Made by a program: the position numbers and the translations under genes. A stretch of DNA of 64,000 nt from Octopus sinensis (Eukaryota), in the NCBI RefSeq assembly GCF_006345805.1, contig NC_043005.1, positions 38,254,001-38,318,000 of the forward strand, given 5' to 3'. Within the stretch, counting starts at the first letter, position 1, and each line of letters begins with the position of its first letter. The notes beneath the pieces were generated by a model that made no database searches, was not told where the DNA came from, and saw only the letters and a program-made list of their open reading frames with translations. Positions 1 through 13,996 of the stretch are shown piece by piece.

Positions 1-643
1 AGGAAAATAGTAAGCTTCAAGCAGTCTGTAGAAGGTATAAAAAAACAGCTTTCAGGAACAATAGTGGTTTATTGACATAGAAGGTTGTAAGTTTTTCCCA
101 TATGGAAATTTGATAAGCTAAAAAGATTGCTTTAGAGCTTATGGTTCACAGCAGTGGTTTCTATACATGTGAATAGAAATCCAAAGTTAGGAAATGGATT
201 AGTTAAAATCCAGGCTACATATATTTAATAGCTAGCAGAGCCTTGGAAGTAGAAATTATCCAAATGCGGGGTAATCTGCTAGCTACTCATCAGGCCAAAG
301 ATACTTTAATCGAAAGAAGTTAACATTGTTGTCAAGGGACCCCATGTTGACTCACAAGGGATTCAATTGAAAATGCATGGAAAGATACAGACTGAGAAGA
401 AAAGCATATTAATGAAGGAATGGGTGAATGAAAAGAAAGAGTAGCTATCAGGTTAACCCCTCATTTGGACAATTACTACTTCTGAGGTTCTGCTAGTTAC
501 GAAAAATATATAAGCTGGATTTTATCTACTCTACTCCCCTAACTTTGTGTGTACATATGTATGTATGTGTGTGTATCACCAGTTAGTTGTCTATATGTCA
601 TAAAAATAGAACACCTACTATGTATGTATATATATATATATAT

Positions 644-706
644 GATTGATTGATTGATTGATTCTAGTTTCAGCTCATGAGCTGTGGCCATGCTGGGGCA
701 CCGCCA
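644..706 (-). repeat. Short retroposon tail with (AATC)n end; near-identical copy at 29521-29585
   Basis: tgattgattgattctagtttcagct(c/t)atgagctgtggccatgctggggcaccgccatt occurs at both loci, each next to a (TA)n tract. Confidence 0.8.
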
Positions 707-3700
707 TTAAGATATATATATATAGTCAAGCAATATATTTGAAGGGTTGTCAATATTGCCTTGGTGCAAAAGTCAATGAGAACTGATGATAGCATCTTGC
801 CATAACAACTACAAATACACACATACACACACACACACATAATTAGGAGATAGTTGACATGTTGTAAAATTGCAAGAGGGAACAGCAAGTGATGATGCTG
901 ATGCAGAAAATTTGTTCTTAGGAAAAAGAAATTAAAATTAATTGGAAAATATGGATGCATAGACACCTAAATTGTAAATGTAGCTGAAATACACCTATTT
1001 TTGAAATGTTTGTCAGCATGCAGCTGCATTATTAAAAATTTAATTATCAATGTCAGGTTGTTAAAGTAGTTAAGAATCAGTTAATGTCCTTGTTTTGAGG
1101 TAATGTGTCTGGGGACGCTAATTTAAGACCTGTACTTGTATAACTTGCCAAAACTCCAAAGCTACACTTTCAGTCATATAGAAGGCAAATAAGAAAAATG
1201 TTTATGCCATTGATACACTGAAGACAGTTTTTTTTGTTTTGTTCTTTACTTAGTAACACAAATATTGTGATTACAAAATTGTTTCGTACACTGCCTTTCA
1301 TATATAATTGCTTCTAACATTGACACAGCAGCAGAAAGTTTTGAACAGAGTGATGGAGCACTAGATAAATTACCTGATTCCAGTACTTTATTATTACTTT
1401 ATCATGTCTAGTGAAATGAAAGGCAATATTGACTGTCGTAGGATTTGAACTCAATAAGTAAAGAGCCAGAACAGAAAATGTAGTGCATTTACATCTGCTC
1501 TTTAATGTTTCTGCATCTCATTGCTCTTATCACATCCTCGTCACTATGCAAACGTTATATTAATATCTGTGTTGCCGAATACATCACTTTTGCAAAGAAT
1601 GATCCAAGGCATTATTGAAGCATTTTTGGAACTTATTAACAACTGGGTGCTCCTATGTTGAAATCAATGAGAGAGAGAGAGTGAGAGAGAGAGAGTGAGA
1701 GAGAGAGAGTGAGAGAGAGAGAGTGAGAGAGAGAGAGACAATCCCTCATAAAGTAGAAATATAATGCAATGTTACATGAGCATTAGATATAGAGGATTTA
1801 GAGTGATGTGAGGCAAATATGCTGGATATATTGTCTAAATGGTGCACAACATGAACTTGAAACTAGCCATCGAGAAAAATGGTTTAGAATACAAACAACA
1901 AAAAAAAAAACAATAAAAATTCACTGGTTAAAGCATATAGAAGAAATAACTAGTTATAGCCAAATTATAAATAATTGAAGAACTGGTGAAGAATTTTTGA
2001 AGCAGATTGTGCCATAAGCTGTCAGTAGTAGTAGAATTTATATGCTTTAGAATTAGATTGGTATGAGTTCTTTAGATTGAGCCACATAGAATTGGGTTTA
2101 ACAATAAGACCTTTAATGATTCAAACTAGGAAAATGCTAAGCATGCAAAGAAAAAAGAAGTAAAAAGTTGAGATCTTATTAAGATAACTCCACATTTCTT
2201 TCATCAGCCTTCATCTTATTCTAATTTTCAGGCAAAATATCTTTCTTCCTCTTTTTTGTAATGACATCAGACTGGATTGGTGCCATCATGTGAAGAAATA
2301 TTATCAAAAGTACATACAAAAATCCACTGCTATATGCTCTTGCTTTTCTTCTCAGCAGATGTTACTCTTCTTACAATTCGTTATTACATATATTATCACC
2401 TTCGTTATATTTTTATTAATACCTTTGCATAGCTTTGGAAAATTTCTAAGCAGACACTCCTGTCACTTACTCAGTAAAATTCTAAAGAAAATTAATAAAG
2501 TGTATAGTTGCCATTTACTGTATTAATTTATTCATTCTTAGATTTCTTTACACAGAATCATAGTTGTGTGTAGTTACCATTTTGCCTTGGGCACCAGACA
2601 CTGCAGTATGCGCACACATGCTCGTGTGTACACACACACACACACGTATTATATAAGAAGCTATTAGAAGAAATGTTAGCCACACCATGCCTGTTTCTGA
2701 TATTTAAAGATTCTTGTAATTAGTTTTGTGGTGGGGGGTGGGGTGAGGGAGACAAAAGAAGATGTCTGCAAAAGAGAAAAATACACAGTGAGAGTGATAG
2801 ACATGACTGAATGAGAATGAAAAACAAAACTTATAACTAGAACGATAGTGAGAGAGAGAGAAAGATAGATAGGTGGTGTGAGGAAGGGAGACAGGAGGCA
2901 GAGAAATAACTCAAGGAAAATAAGAAAACTTCAGCTATATATATATGTTATACACACATACACGTATGTGTTTATTAGATATTACAGAAAGTATAAATAA
3001 ATAGGAAACTAAAAGTACATAAATATACACACACAAGCTGTGATTTTTCAATTGACAATCTAGACTATACTTTTGAAATACAATATATAATTAAACTTCA
3101 AATTGTACTAGTTATATATGTAAGTAGAAACTGATAACTGCTTTGTGATTTTTTTATATGCACCTATATGTCTTAAAGCCAACAGATAAATAGTCATAAC
3201 ACTTTTCAGTCTTCTTCGAAGAACTCTGCACACTCTATAGAGGACAGTTTCAGGTTAGAATATTAACTTTAAGAGTACAGATTCTACATAGCTCTGGAAT
3301 TATCTCAGTAAAAAAAAAAAGTTTCTTTTCTAAGTCAGAAAGTATTTAAAAATGCTAACCATCATTCTCCTCTGTTTTCTCTTCTATGTATCTTGACCTA
3401 TCTCATTCTCTTAAATAATTCAATAATGCAATTCCCCCATTCCTCCTTATACTAGACTGCATGTTTTATTACTCTTGAAATCACCTTTCTGAGAAGGACC
3501 AGCTGATAATTGAAAAAAACCATCTTCTCTTCCCATAAAAAATATTTAATCTTGAGCATTACATGCCCAGATCCACTCTATAAGTGAATATCTTATGCTA
3601 TCAATAATAATGTGTTTCACCTTCTGGCTTCATACTTAATATATCTTCTAGTCTTCCCATTGACTTGTGCCTGCATGTTTGTTTCAGCTCACAGGATGTG

Positions 3701-6677
3701 ATCATATGTGCATCTCTGTGAACAGTTGTGGCTGTATCATCATTGCATCTACTTATCTTGTTGGCATGGGTTGGACAGTTCAACAGAATCCAGTGTTAGC
3801 AGATGCCATATAGCTACAGCATCTCACTTTTGACAAGGTTTCTACAACTGGATGTCCTTAATAAAGCCAATCTCCTTACAGAATGTACTGGATACTTTTT
3901 TTTATTTGTGTGTGTTTTGAGATACCAGTACTACTGAATCCCACTTGTAACTCTCGACACTAAAGAGCTCCTACAATAGAGAGGGAGAATAGGAGAGAGA
4001 GAGGTGATTTCATGTGAGGTGTTAAAAAGTTCAAGTACAACAGGAGGAACAGGGTTATTGTTACCTGAATGAGTTAGAGGAGAAGCTAATGGGGACAATG
4101 TTTAGGAAGATAGTAATAGAAGGCAAAATGAAAGAGTAGTTTCAGGGATTAGAGAGAGTGAGTCAGAGAGGGATATGGAGAAGGGTGGAGAGGGTTAGGG
4201 AGGATGAGGAGGAGAGTGGGGGGGTTAAATTCAAGTCATATGGGTTGGTAGGGGTGATGATGGATGGAATGTTGAGTAAGGGAGATAAAGATGAGGGTGA
4301 TTATGCATCAGAACATACCCTCAAGTACATACCCACAAGAAGAGGAATAAAAGAGAGCAAAATAACAGAAGGATTAGAAAAGGTGGATCAAGGCTGCACA
4401 AGTGGTGGGGGAGAATGAGTGATGGATAGAAATAAGGAAGCGAATAGGAGAAAGTAATCAATGGTAAACAAGGATGGGAGACAATATTTAGAGTGAGGGA
4501 TAGAGGAAGATAGGAAGTGGTTGAGAGGAGAGACAGTGATGACTGGTAGTACAGAAAGGAGGGAAAGAAAATTGGCATTATGTCTATGATAAAGGTTTTA
4601 AATACAAGTATCATTCACTCCTGTGCACGCACGCATGCGCATGCACTCATGCTAATAAGAAATCATATTTATTTAGTTAAATTTTTTCTTCTTATTGGCA
4701 ATCTGTCTTAGGTGAGGACAATGGTAAAAATGAGGGGTGGAGGAAGGCAGATAATGGTTCAAGAGAGAGGAAATGAATACAGGCAGGGTGTCTATGATAA
4801 AGCTTTTTAAATACAAGTATCATCTGTTCCTTCACAACACACACAAACACTTGCAGTTAATCATTTATATATACATTTGTTTATTTTATTTAAATTTTTT
4901 TTCTTTCTTCTTATCAGTAATCTCTTATTTCCACCGTGTAATTTCAGAATTTCTGAAGCACAAATGTACTGTGTTTAACCTTTTTTAATCATTTCAATAA
5001 ATATTCTTGTATTGTTAGTCGTTAAATGGATGAATGGATAAGAGAAAAATAAAAAGAAATAGATAAGAAAGATCTTTTACAAACAGAACGAGAGACAAAG
5101 TTAAAAATTGAAACAAAAAATAAATAAACTACAGAAACAGAAGCAACAATAACACAACAAATTTCAATTGGTAAAATAAGAAACATGAGTTAGTTAAGAG
5201 AAAAGAAAGGAAGATGTCTGAGTGAAAAAATATATAAGCTTTATTGTGCTGACTCTTTTTCATTGTTTTATTCTATCAATGGAGAATTGTTCTTCCAACA
5301 AATATTTTTAGTGCAACTTGGTTGTTCTGCTACAAGAGCAGCAGGTGTTAAATAAACATTAATAAAAACAACAACAGAAAAACTAAAAACTGGCTGTTCT
5401 ACCTTATTTGCTGTTAACAATTTCCATGTTTTTGAATTATTAATTATCAGTTCCTTCCTTATTGTTTTCCAATATTTTTTTTGCTTTATTCTTTCTTTAT
5501 TTCTTTTTTATTTGTTCCTAAATCGTTTTTCCTTTCAAAAAATTTATTTTCTGTATTTTTGCCTTTTCTTATTCTTATTTTCCTCAGTTCTTTGTAGATC
5601 AAATGTGAGATTGTCATTTGACACTAATTCCTCGTATTTCTAAGGGGTTTTATATCATTTCATTGTAACTGTCATCATATATAGAAGAAGCTTGACGATA
5701 TCAACAGTGAGAGAGAGAGAGAAAGAGAGATAACAATCAAAGTAACATGGCAGCAGTGTCAAAGATTAATAAATGATCTCAGTATACCCAGGTCTGACAA
5801 TATATCTCAGACATTTCAATAAGTCAAACTACTAATTTATTTCCCTGAAACTCATTCCCAGCTGTTTCAAACATTAACAGTGAAGGTTCATAAGTTTCAA
5901 GTTTTCTAAATGTGTGATTAAGAAGCTTTCTTCCCAACTACATGGTCTCCGACTATAGCCCCAGGCTAACTAAGGCCTTGTGAGTGGATTTGGTTGTTGG
6001 AAACTAAAAGAAGCTATCCTTTGTGAAATTGAAGCTTCTAAGAGGATGGACTGTGGTTTCTTTTTTTAGTCAAGCAACTAAGAATCAAATTTGTAGTATT
6101 GAGCAGAATATCTACTGCTTCTATAACTCAGCACTGAATTTGTAATGGAAAATAGGTCAGTTTCAAAGTATTGATATCCAGGTTACAAAAGCAAAATTTG
6201 AAGGGGATAGTAGTCATTTCCTTTGATTTCTAGACAGAAGCAAATAGGAAATAACACTTACTTGACCAAAGACCAAGAAACTTAGAAACTCAGTGATTAG
6301 TATTTTAAACGAACATATCTTATAAATATATTTGTTTTAATATGTAGTATATAAACATGCAGGCATAAATAATCACACAGAGCAAACAAACAAGAAATTG
6401 AAGTATATACATTAAGTAAAATAACAGAAAGCAGTTAATAGATTCCTCACGACATTCCTGTCCAATCCATTAGAGACTAGCTCAGATTGTTCAATTTAAT
6501 CTTATTTGATGCAAACTTTACTGAAGAAAATTGATGGTAAAAACAGCAACAACAAAATCTTAATGAAATATCAAAATTTACATCAGGGTTTAATATTTTT
6601 TGTTCTTGTTTCAACTTTTATATTTTATTTAATTAATATATATACATACACACAAAAACAGATAGATGCACACGCAC

Positions 6678-6710
<33 letters not shown>

Positions 6711-7145
6711 TATATACATATATATATACTCCCACATGCAAACATATATTGTATTATTCTCGTAGGTGTTTAAAGTTAATTTTGTCTTCATTGTTTTTTT
6801 GCTGTTCAGTTATTTTTTCTTTTCTTTTAGTTGTTTTTATTCTTTTTTTCTTCCCCATTTCATTTGTTTCAGTAGTTTTGTGTAAGGTTTCAAATCCTTT
6901 TACATCAATTAGTTTAATTTTCACACAGCCATAATTTTTTGTTTGTGTGCATGCGTGTGTAAATGTTTGTCTGTAAATGTCTACGTATTTGTCTCTACTT
7001 GATGCTTTTGGTTGTTATAATCGTTGTTGCTTAACACTATTGTATATCTCCAAAGTTTCTCTATAGCACTAGAGATTGCTGTTTTCCTTATTTTCAATTA
7101 GGTTTCATAAAGTATTTCCTGTCACATACATACATACATACATAT

Positions 7146-7180
<35 letters not shown>

Positions 7181-8355
7181 CAAACATATATACATATACA
7201 TACATATATACACAAACAGTGATAATTACATATAGATACATCTATTCCCTGTGGGCATTTCAAAATCATTTTTAATTACATTATGAGCTGTCATCACCTA
7301 ATATGAAGTATATATTCTCATATATGTGCATAAATAGACACTGTGGGTGTTTGTGGGGATAGTGTGTATGCATATTTATAATAATGTATATGTAAATGCA
7401 TATATACATATATATGTATATATATATATGTATGTATGTATATCTAGTATATTTACAGAAATGTTAACAAAATAAATTACATGCTTAAGTGTGTGTGTGT
7501 AATCGTAAAAAGAATATGGTGAAGTACATTTGTACTCTTGTTTCTTTTACATTTTTTTATATATATTTAAAATTTTAGATTAATCTATATTTTTAGGATA
7601 TTTTTCTTTCTTTATTTTTGTATTGATTATTTTATTCTTTTATTTTATTCTTTTTTTTTTTAACATGTTAGTCGCTTTGATATTTAGTTTAAAACATTAT
7701 TGCAGTAAATTACACCACTAATTATGCAAATAAGTCTGATTAACTTCTACTTAATAACCCACAGTTCTAAATTTATATTTAAAAAAAATTTATTTCTTAT
7801 TTTTCTACCAGTTTTAACTATTTACAATAATCATAAATCTGTCAATGAAACATCAAAAATTAAAAAAGAAAACAAGATTTATTACTCATATATTAGTTAA
7901 TGGAAATGAGGGATTGTGGTTAGGCAAACTTGAATGCTGAATGGCTACAGGGTTATCAGCAGCAGGAACAGCATTTAGCATCCATATCCAGCTGTAGAAA
8001 CTCTGCCTGGTGCAGCCATCTGGTTCGCCAGTCCTCAGTCAAATCGTCCAACCCATGCTAGTATGGAAAGCGGATGTTAAATGATGATGATGATTCTATG
8101 TAAAAATGGATTGGACAGTTTGACAGGATCTAACATGCCTGAGGATTATATTCAGTTTCAATGCCAACATTGGTAAAATTTCTGCTACTAAATGTCCTTC
8201 CTAATGCTAAACACTTTACAGGGTATACTGGGTGCGTCTCTTATGGCAGCAGCTCTATTGAGGTCACCAAGGACATTGCAGAACAAGATTACTTCATAGA
8301 TTTTGGGTACAGTATTGAGGCAGATGGCTTTTTGCCAGGTGTCAAAAGGCTAAAG

Positions 8356-9111
8356 CAAGCATTCTCAACCATTCTTTATCTATGGATCCCATTGATTACT
8401 ACTTTGATCTGGTTGACACCCATAGCCATTTGATGTCTATAAACTAGTTTTAGGGAAACTTCTTTCAAACTTCCTATTTTGTTTACATTATTTACATTCG
8501 ACAGATATTTGTCCTCATCTTGTTTGTTGCTAACACGTTTCAGCTGATATACCTTCCAGCCTTCTTCAGGTGTCTTGGGGAAATTTCGAGCCTGGGTCCT
8601 CATTCCTAAGTTATATTTCGATGTTATTATTATTATTATCATTCAGGTCACTGCTTGGAATCGAACTCGGAATCTTGGGGTTAGTAGCCTGCACTCTTAA
8701 CCACTACACCATATGCCCATAGGCAGTGACCTGAATAATAATAATAATAATAATAACATCGAAAATTACCTTAGGAATGAGAACCCAGGTTCGAAATTTC
8801 CCCAAGACACCTGAAGAAGGCTGGAGGGTACATCAGCTGAAATATTGTGTTAACAACAAACAAGATGAGGACAAATATCCATCGAATGTAAATAATATAA
8901 TTAATGTACATAATTCCTCATCTCTTAAATATAGAACTGTATTTCCTATTTTGTTTTTTACACATTAACTTGTGTGGGTTGAACTTATGTAAATACATAC
9001 CAATACATATATCTAAAGCAAAAAGTTTTCAGAGCCCCTTAAAATACTACCTTATTATTTTGTTGTGTGGTACCCCTAAAATCTTATATGGACCCCGGTT
9101 TAGAACCACTA
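8356..9111. mobile_element. hAT-type MITE hosting the nested fold-back element
   Basis: Degenerate TIRs caagcattctcaacc / ggtttagaaccacta, and 8-bp flanking repeats ggctaaag (8348-8355) / ggttaaag (9112-9119). Confidence 0.55.
8482..8940 (-). mobile_element. tRNA-headed element with hammerhead-like 3' region plus an inverted partial copy (Penelope-like fold-back)
   Basis: Arms of about 175 bp (8482-8655 and 8722-8900) are reverse complements. The spacer read on the minus strand is gggcataTGGTGTAGTGGttaagagtgc...gaGTTCGATTCC (A and B boxes). Each arm carries CTGAAGA...GAAA. Confidence 0.75.
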
Positions 9112-9527
9112 GGTTAAAGGATGATAGAGGAACAGGTGTCTTCTTGTGCAGGAGATATGTGGTTACCCAGCAGGATGATGAAGTGCCAGGTTAAACCTTT
9201 AATATACAAGGAGGTGATAAAGACAGTAAAAGGGATTTAGAATCAAGGATAGCTTTGTTGGTATGTTCACAAGTGTGTAAAATGAGGGTGAGGGAGATGA
9301 TGATAGAAGAGAATGCAGTGAATGGTGGGCATGAGTGGAGATGTGGACAATGATCTCTGCAAGATAAGGAATTTCAAAACCTCTGTTTGAATGGCTGGTA
9401 AACCCCTACCCCAACATGTCTTAATTAAACAAGGGGGTGTCAGAGAATGGTCAAAGATAATGGCTTTTGAGTCCACATCCCTCAAATTCTCAGTGGCTTG
9501 TGCATTATAGACTAGAAGCAACAGATA

Positions 9528-9921
9528 TCTTTATATATAAAAGAGAAGTTGTGTGTCTGTCTCCTACGATTTAGATTCCTAACTACTCCCACATTTTGCG
9601 GTGCAGTTTAACCAAAACCGGGTATCTTATAGCCATGATTCATATCGAGCCCTGGGTATTAGCGCACGTCTATGATGAGTCTATGATTTTAAAAAATTTA
9701 CCATCATTTTTTTCCCTTTTAATGCATTTTTTTCGGTATTATATAAGGGAAGTAACTCTCTAAAAATGTCTACGATGAGTCAACGATTTAAAAAAAAATT
9801 TACCATCATTTTTTTTCCATTTTTAATGCATTTTTTTGCTACTTTTTGGCTATAACTCTCTAAAAATGCTTATATAGTTATTTCTCTTACAAACCCGAGC
9901 AACGCCGGGCGATACTGCTAG
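9528..9921 (+). mobile_element. Non-autonomous Helitron
   Basis: 5' TC(tttatatataaaa), 3' GC-rich hairpin cccgagcaacgccggg (9894-9909) and CTAG terminus, inserted between A9527 and T9922 without a TSD. It has an internal tandem duplication (about 9668-9732 / 9768-9837). Confidence 0.85.
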
Positions 9922-9980
<59 letters not shown>

Positions 9981-10014
9981 ATGTATGTCTCTTCTATTTC
10001 TCAATTATTATAAA

Positions 10015-10585
10015 TCTTCCACTGCAAAAAGAGCTGGTTTCCAACAAAGATACAAGGCGCCATCTTTGGGGTGTAGTTAACACAGACAAATTCACATTTG
10101 GAACTTGAGTAAAGTCTTGCATATTTTTAGTGTTCCACTCACAGATTGCACTTGTAATGTACGAATCAGCTGGTCAATTTCTTTTTCTGAAAATCCTAGT
10201 TTATCCAGATTCTCCTTTAAGCATTTACTAAGAAAGCCTAGTGCTCTGATTATTATTGGTATGAATATGAATTCATAGTCTGGAATATAGGAGCTGGAGG
10301 TTTCAAAGCAGTTGTCCCTAGATAACTTCTTTTCCTTTGATTTTCAAAGAGATATTTATATCTGCAGAGGATTTAACCTCTATGATGGTACATACCTTTG
10401 CTCCTCTGCCCAAACAACAATATCCAGTCTGTTATGTTAACATTTGACAGAAATTTTGATGAGAATATTCCAACAGTATTCCTTGAGTTGGTGTTTATGA
10501 ATGTATTCCATAACAGAAGGATTTTCTAAGTATATTTCAGGACAGTCTTTTTTGTGGATGGCATTGTAAATTGTTTTAGCAACAT
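10015..10585 (-). mobile_element. 3' fragment of an RLE-type (R4/Dong-like) non-LTR retrotransposon
   Basis: Minus-strand EYCWNILIKISVKC-HNRLDIVVW...KVCTIIEV...FIPIIIRALG corresponds to the RPD-IV / IIE / PII-GALG restriction-like endonuclease motifs. Confidence 0.7.
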
Positions 10586-11093
10586 ATATGTATGTATATA
10601 CATACATATGTATGTATGTGATTGTTCAGTTTTATTTCAAGATTTCAGGCCAATAGAGAAAGATCCAGTTTCTAGCATAGATCCAAGGCTCCTTTATTGG
10701 AATTTCAACATCAACAACAGGGTATGTATGTATGTATGTATGTATGTATGTATGTATGTATGTATGTATGTTTGGTCATGGGTAGAAAAGTGAAAAAGAG
10801 TGTGTGAACTGACGATGGAAATCCCACACAGACAAAAGATCATATACAAGGAAGTTGGGTGATACCTTTCAGTAAGATCATGAAAGATGATAGATGAATG
10901 AGTGAGTGCGTGTGTGTGTGTCTGTGTGTGAATGTTGAGATGTTTTGCTACACAGATACTTGTTAATATTGCTGGTCAACAAATCATCCAGTAACTCTGC
11001 ACTTCCAAAAATGTCTGGAACAAAATATCTTTTACTTACAAATCAGGCTAGTGGCAGGAAGGAGGACGTCCAGCTAGAAAAAAGTGTCTCATT

Positions 11094-11140
<47 letters not shown>

Positions 11141-11375
11141 CAACCCATGCTGGTGAAGAAGATTGGGTGTTAAATGTATATATCAAAGAAATATTTCTAT
11201 GTAGGAGCAAAATATGCCTTGCAAGACACAAGATTTATGTATACAAATATATATGTGTGCCTGTGTGTGTGCATGCATGCATGTGTATATGGGGGCAAAA
11301 GGAACTTTCCATGACACAAGATAAATGCATATGTATGCAAATTTCTATACAAGTATGTCATGTGTGTGTGTATAA

Positions 11376-11445
<70 letters not shown>

Positions 11446-13189
11446 ATATACATACATGCACACACACACACGTTTGTATATGTCTGTGTGTGTGTGTGAA
11501 TGTATACACAACCACTTATGTAAAAGCTTTTCATTGCATACCAAGTCTCCATAAAGTATGGTCACAGAAATTTGTTGCATTGTCCTGTAATGAAAGCCCT
11601 CTCTGCTATTTCAACAGACTTTAGCTGCATGCAAACAATAAACTCATTAGTGCAGAAAGTGCATTGCAAGGAATTAGCACAATTTTCAAGCTTCCTGCAA
11701 TTGTTGTTCATAGGATTTCAATTGTTCCTGACACAGAGTCGGAAGATTTATGGTTAAAATGCCAAAGCTGTTATTACTAGAATTTCTTTGGTAAAAGGAA
11801 AGACACTGGCTGGTTACAGAATTCACAACACAATACTGCATGTTAGATAATGTGTAAAAGTGAGTGAGAGAGATAAGGTGGGGCAAGGAGTGCTAAAGAG
11901 AAAATGATAAAGAGGTTGAAGAAGGAGAAGTAAAAGACCAAACAATTTAAAGGGATATAAAAATAAATGGCAAATATACAGAAACCATGGAATCTCAGAC
12001 ATGAAATATATATAAAAAATATATATAATTAAATAAATTCCTTATGTTCGGATTAAAGCCAATTGTTAAAGGTAAAGTGTTTGTGAATAACATCCATCAT
12101 AGGATATTACTGATATTATTTTATTAACCTTAAAGGGCTTGAACTGAGAAATACATTAGAGAGTTGAGTTTTGTATTTTTATACTCCAAGATCAAATCTT
12201 GGCAGGATCATTACAGTTTATTGTGCTTGAGTTGATTACATAAGTACCGGTTATTTAGTGGATTTACTTTAATTTAATCAATTATATATTTTCTTTTTAG
12301 CTTGTGAACTAATCTTAAAATTTTTTTATATGGTTCTCACTACTCTAGTTCCTCGCATTGCAAATTTCTTTCTAAATCTAATGGGTAATTATCAAAATTA
12401 CCCTTTTAAATTCATTTCTTATTATTTACAATATTTTCATCCTCCCAATCAATCATATCTACATGCTAGAAACATCATAAAATTCCAAGCTCTAGGAACA
12501 CTTGACTAGTGACAAATTCCTCAATTGCATTCTGTTGCTCTGTCTTCAATGTAAAACTGATAAAACTGGTAAAAAGAAACAAAGGTACTTGTGTAGTACC
12601 TCACTGCTACCATGTTATATTTTGTCTTTCCACTGCTACCATCCTTGTTTTCCTTGTTCTTATGTTGAGCATTATAAGAATTTACTAGCTTAACTTTATA
12701 GTGTTTGCATTAATACCTTTCTCTAATCACTACGACCACTAATGTATCCTTCCCGCTCTTCCTTTCTTCATTTTGTCATCGGGTAATACTTCATTAGAAT
12801 AATATAGTACCTAACAGACTGCAATGCTTCTTTTAAAAATATTGGCAAATAAAAATATTTTTCTATAAGGAGGAAGTGGACTTTGTTGGAAAGTAGAGAA
12901 TGCTGGAATACATACTACTTTCCAGCAGAATCAAAGACTCAAAGACTGCGGTAAGGATTACACTGCTACCTTGTGAGTGTCTCTTATAACTCCCTTTTAG
13001 CTATATTTCAAGTAAATCAATGCAAAAGGTTTACTAGTATATAGAAAGATTTTTGTAATTTTCATATCATAAAGTAAAATATTCACTTATTAAAAACATT
13101 GTGTGTTTAGTAAATTCCGTAATCAGGAATGAATGATTTTGTGTGATAACTGTAAGAATTCATTGGAATATTTCAATCAACACTTTTCA

Positions 13190-13560
13190 TCAAATGATAC
13201 CTAGTCAGGTAATAAGTATTTATATTCTAGGTAGATAATTCTTTAAAACATTGATGAGGATTCTGATGTAACAGACGGTGAAACATGCAGTACTACAGTA
13301 TATGTCTCAATATCAAGTCAATGAAGACCATCTGGCTCAGTTCTCTTGATGCCTGAGAATATTTATTTGCTCATTAAAGCTGGCTCAAAGAAAGGAGGAA
13401 TGAAACCGGAGGAAACAAGAGTCCTTACTGGTATACCCAAGTGATTTGAAATCCCACAGCAGACCAGTCATCCAGGAGCAAAAGAAACCTAAAAATGGCA
13501 CAAGAAACTGAAATTGAGGACTGTAGTGAAGAAGATGATGTTTCACTAAGTGTCATATTT
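13190..13560 (+). mobile_element. Possible highly decayed pogo-like DNA transposon remnant
   Basis: Fragments PSQVISIYIL and TRVLTGIP followed by an acidic patch loosely resemble pogo-like C-terminal motifs; no TIR found. Confidence 0.3.
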
Positions 13561-13996
13561 GAAAAGAAGGAACCATTTGGCAATAAGCAAGCTGCAAACA
13601 ACCAAGAATATATAAATGCTTCAAATGCACAGGAAGAGCACTATATTTTCTTGTTTTGTCTGTCTTGAAACATACTCGAAGTAGATTTTTCACAACCTAA
13701 ATTCACAAGGCTGACTGATATTCAAATTTGCATACATAAAAATGAGAATATTGTATTAATTGTGATAACTCTGTACAATGATGAGCAAATAATGTTTTAC
13801 CAGCCGAAACTTATTTCCTGTTGATTTATCAGTCTAGAAGCCAGAATATACACAAGGAAATGTTATAAACCAATAGCTGACAAAACCATGATGGTAAATG
13901 TGATAAAGTCTAGCAATAAAGCCTAGATGAAGTCACTGGTTTTGATAATTGAAATAATACCAACATAACTCTTGAACTGTCCTATAATTACTAGTA

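Noticed and set aside
4480-4930. Diverged ~210-bp tandem duplication (tgtctatgataaag...aaatacaagtatcat twice)
   Set aside because: Real but looks like an ordinary local duplication with no sign of function.
8648-8720. Functional tRNA gene (also considered for 40225-40302)
   Set aside because: A and B boxes are present but I could not form a convincing acceptor stem or terminator, and the sequence runs directly into a repeat body; these are SINE heads.
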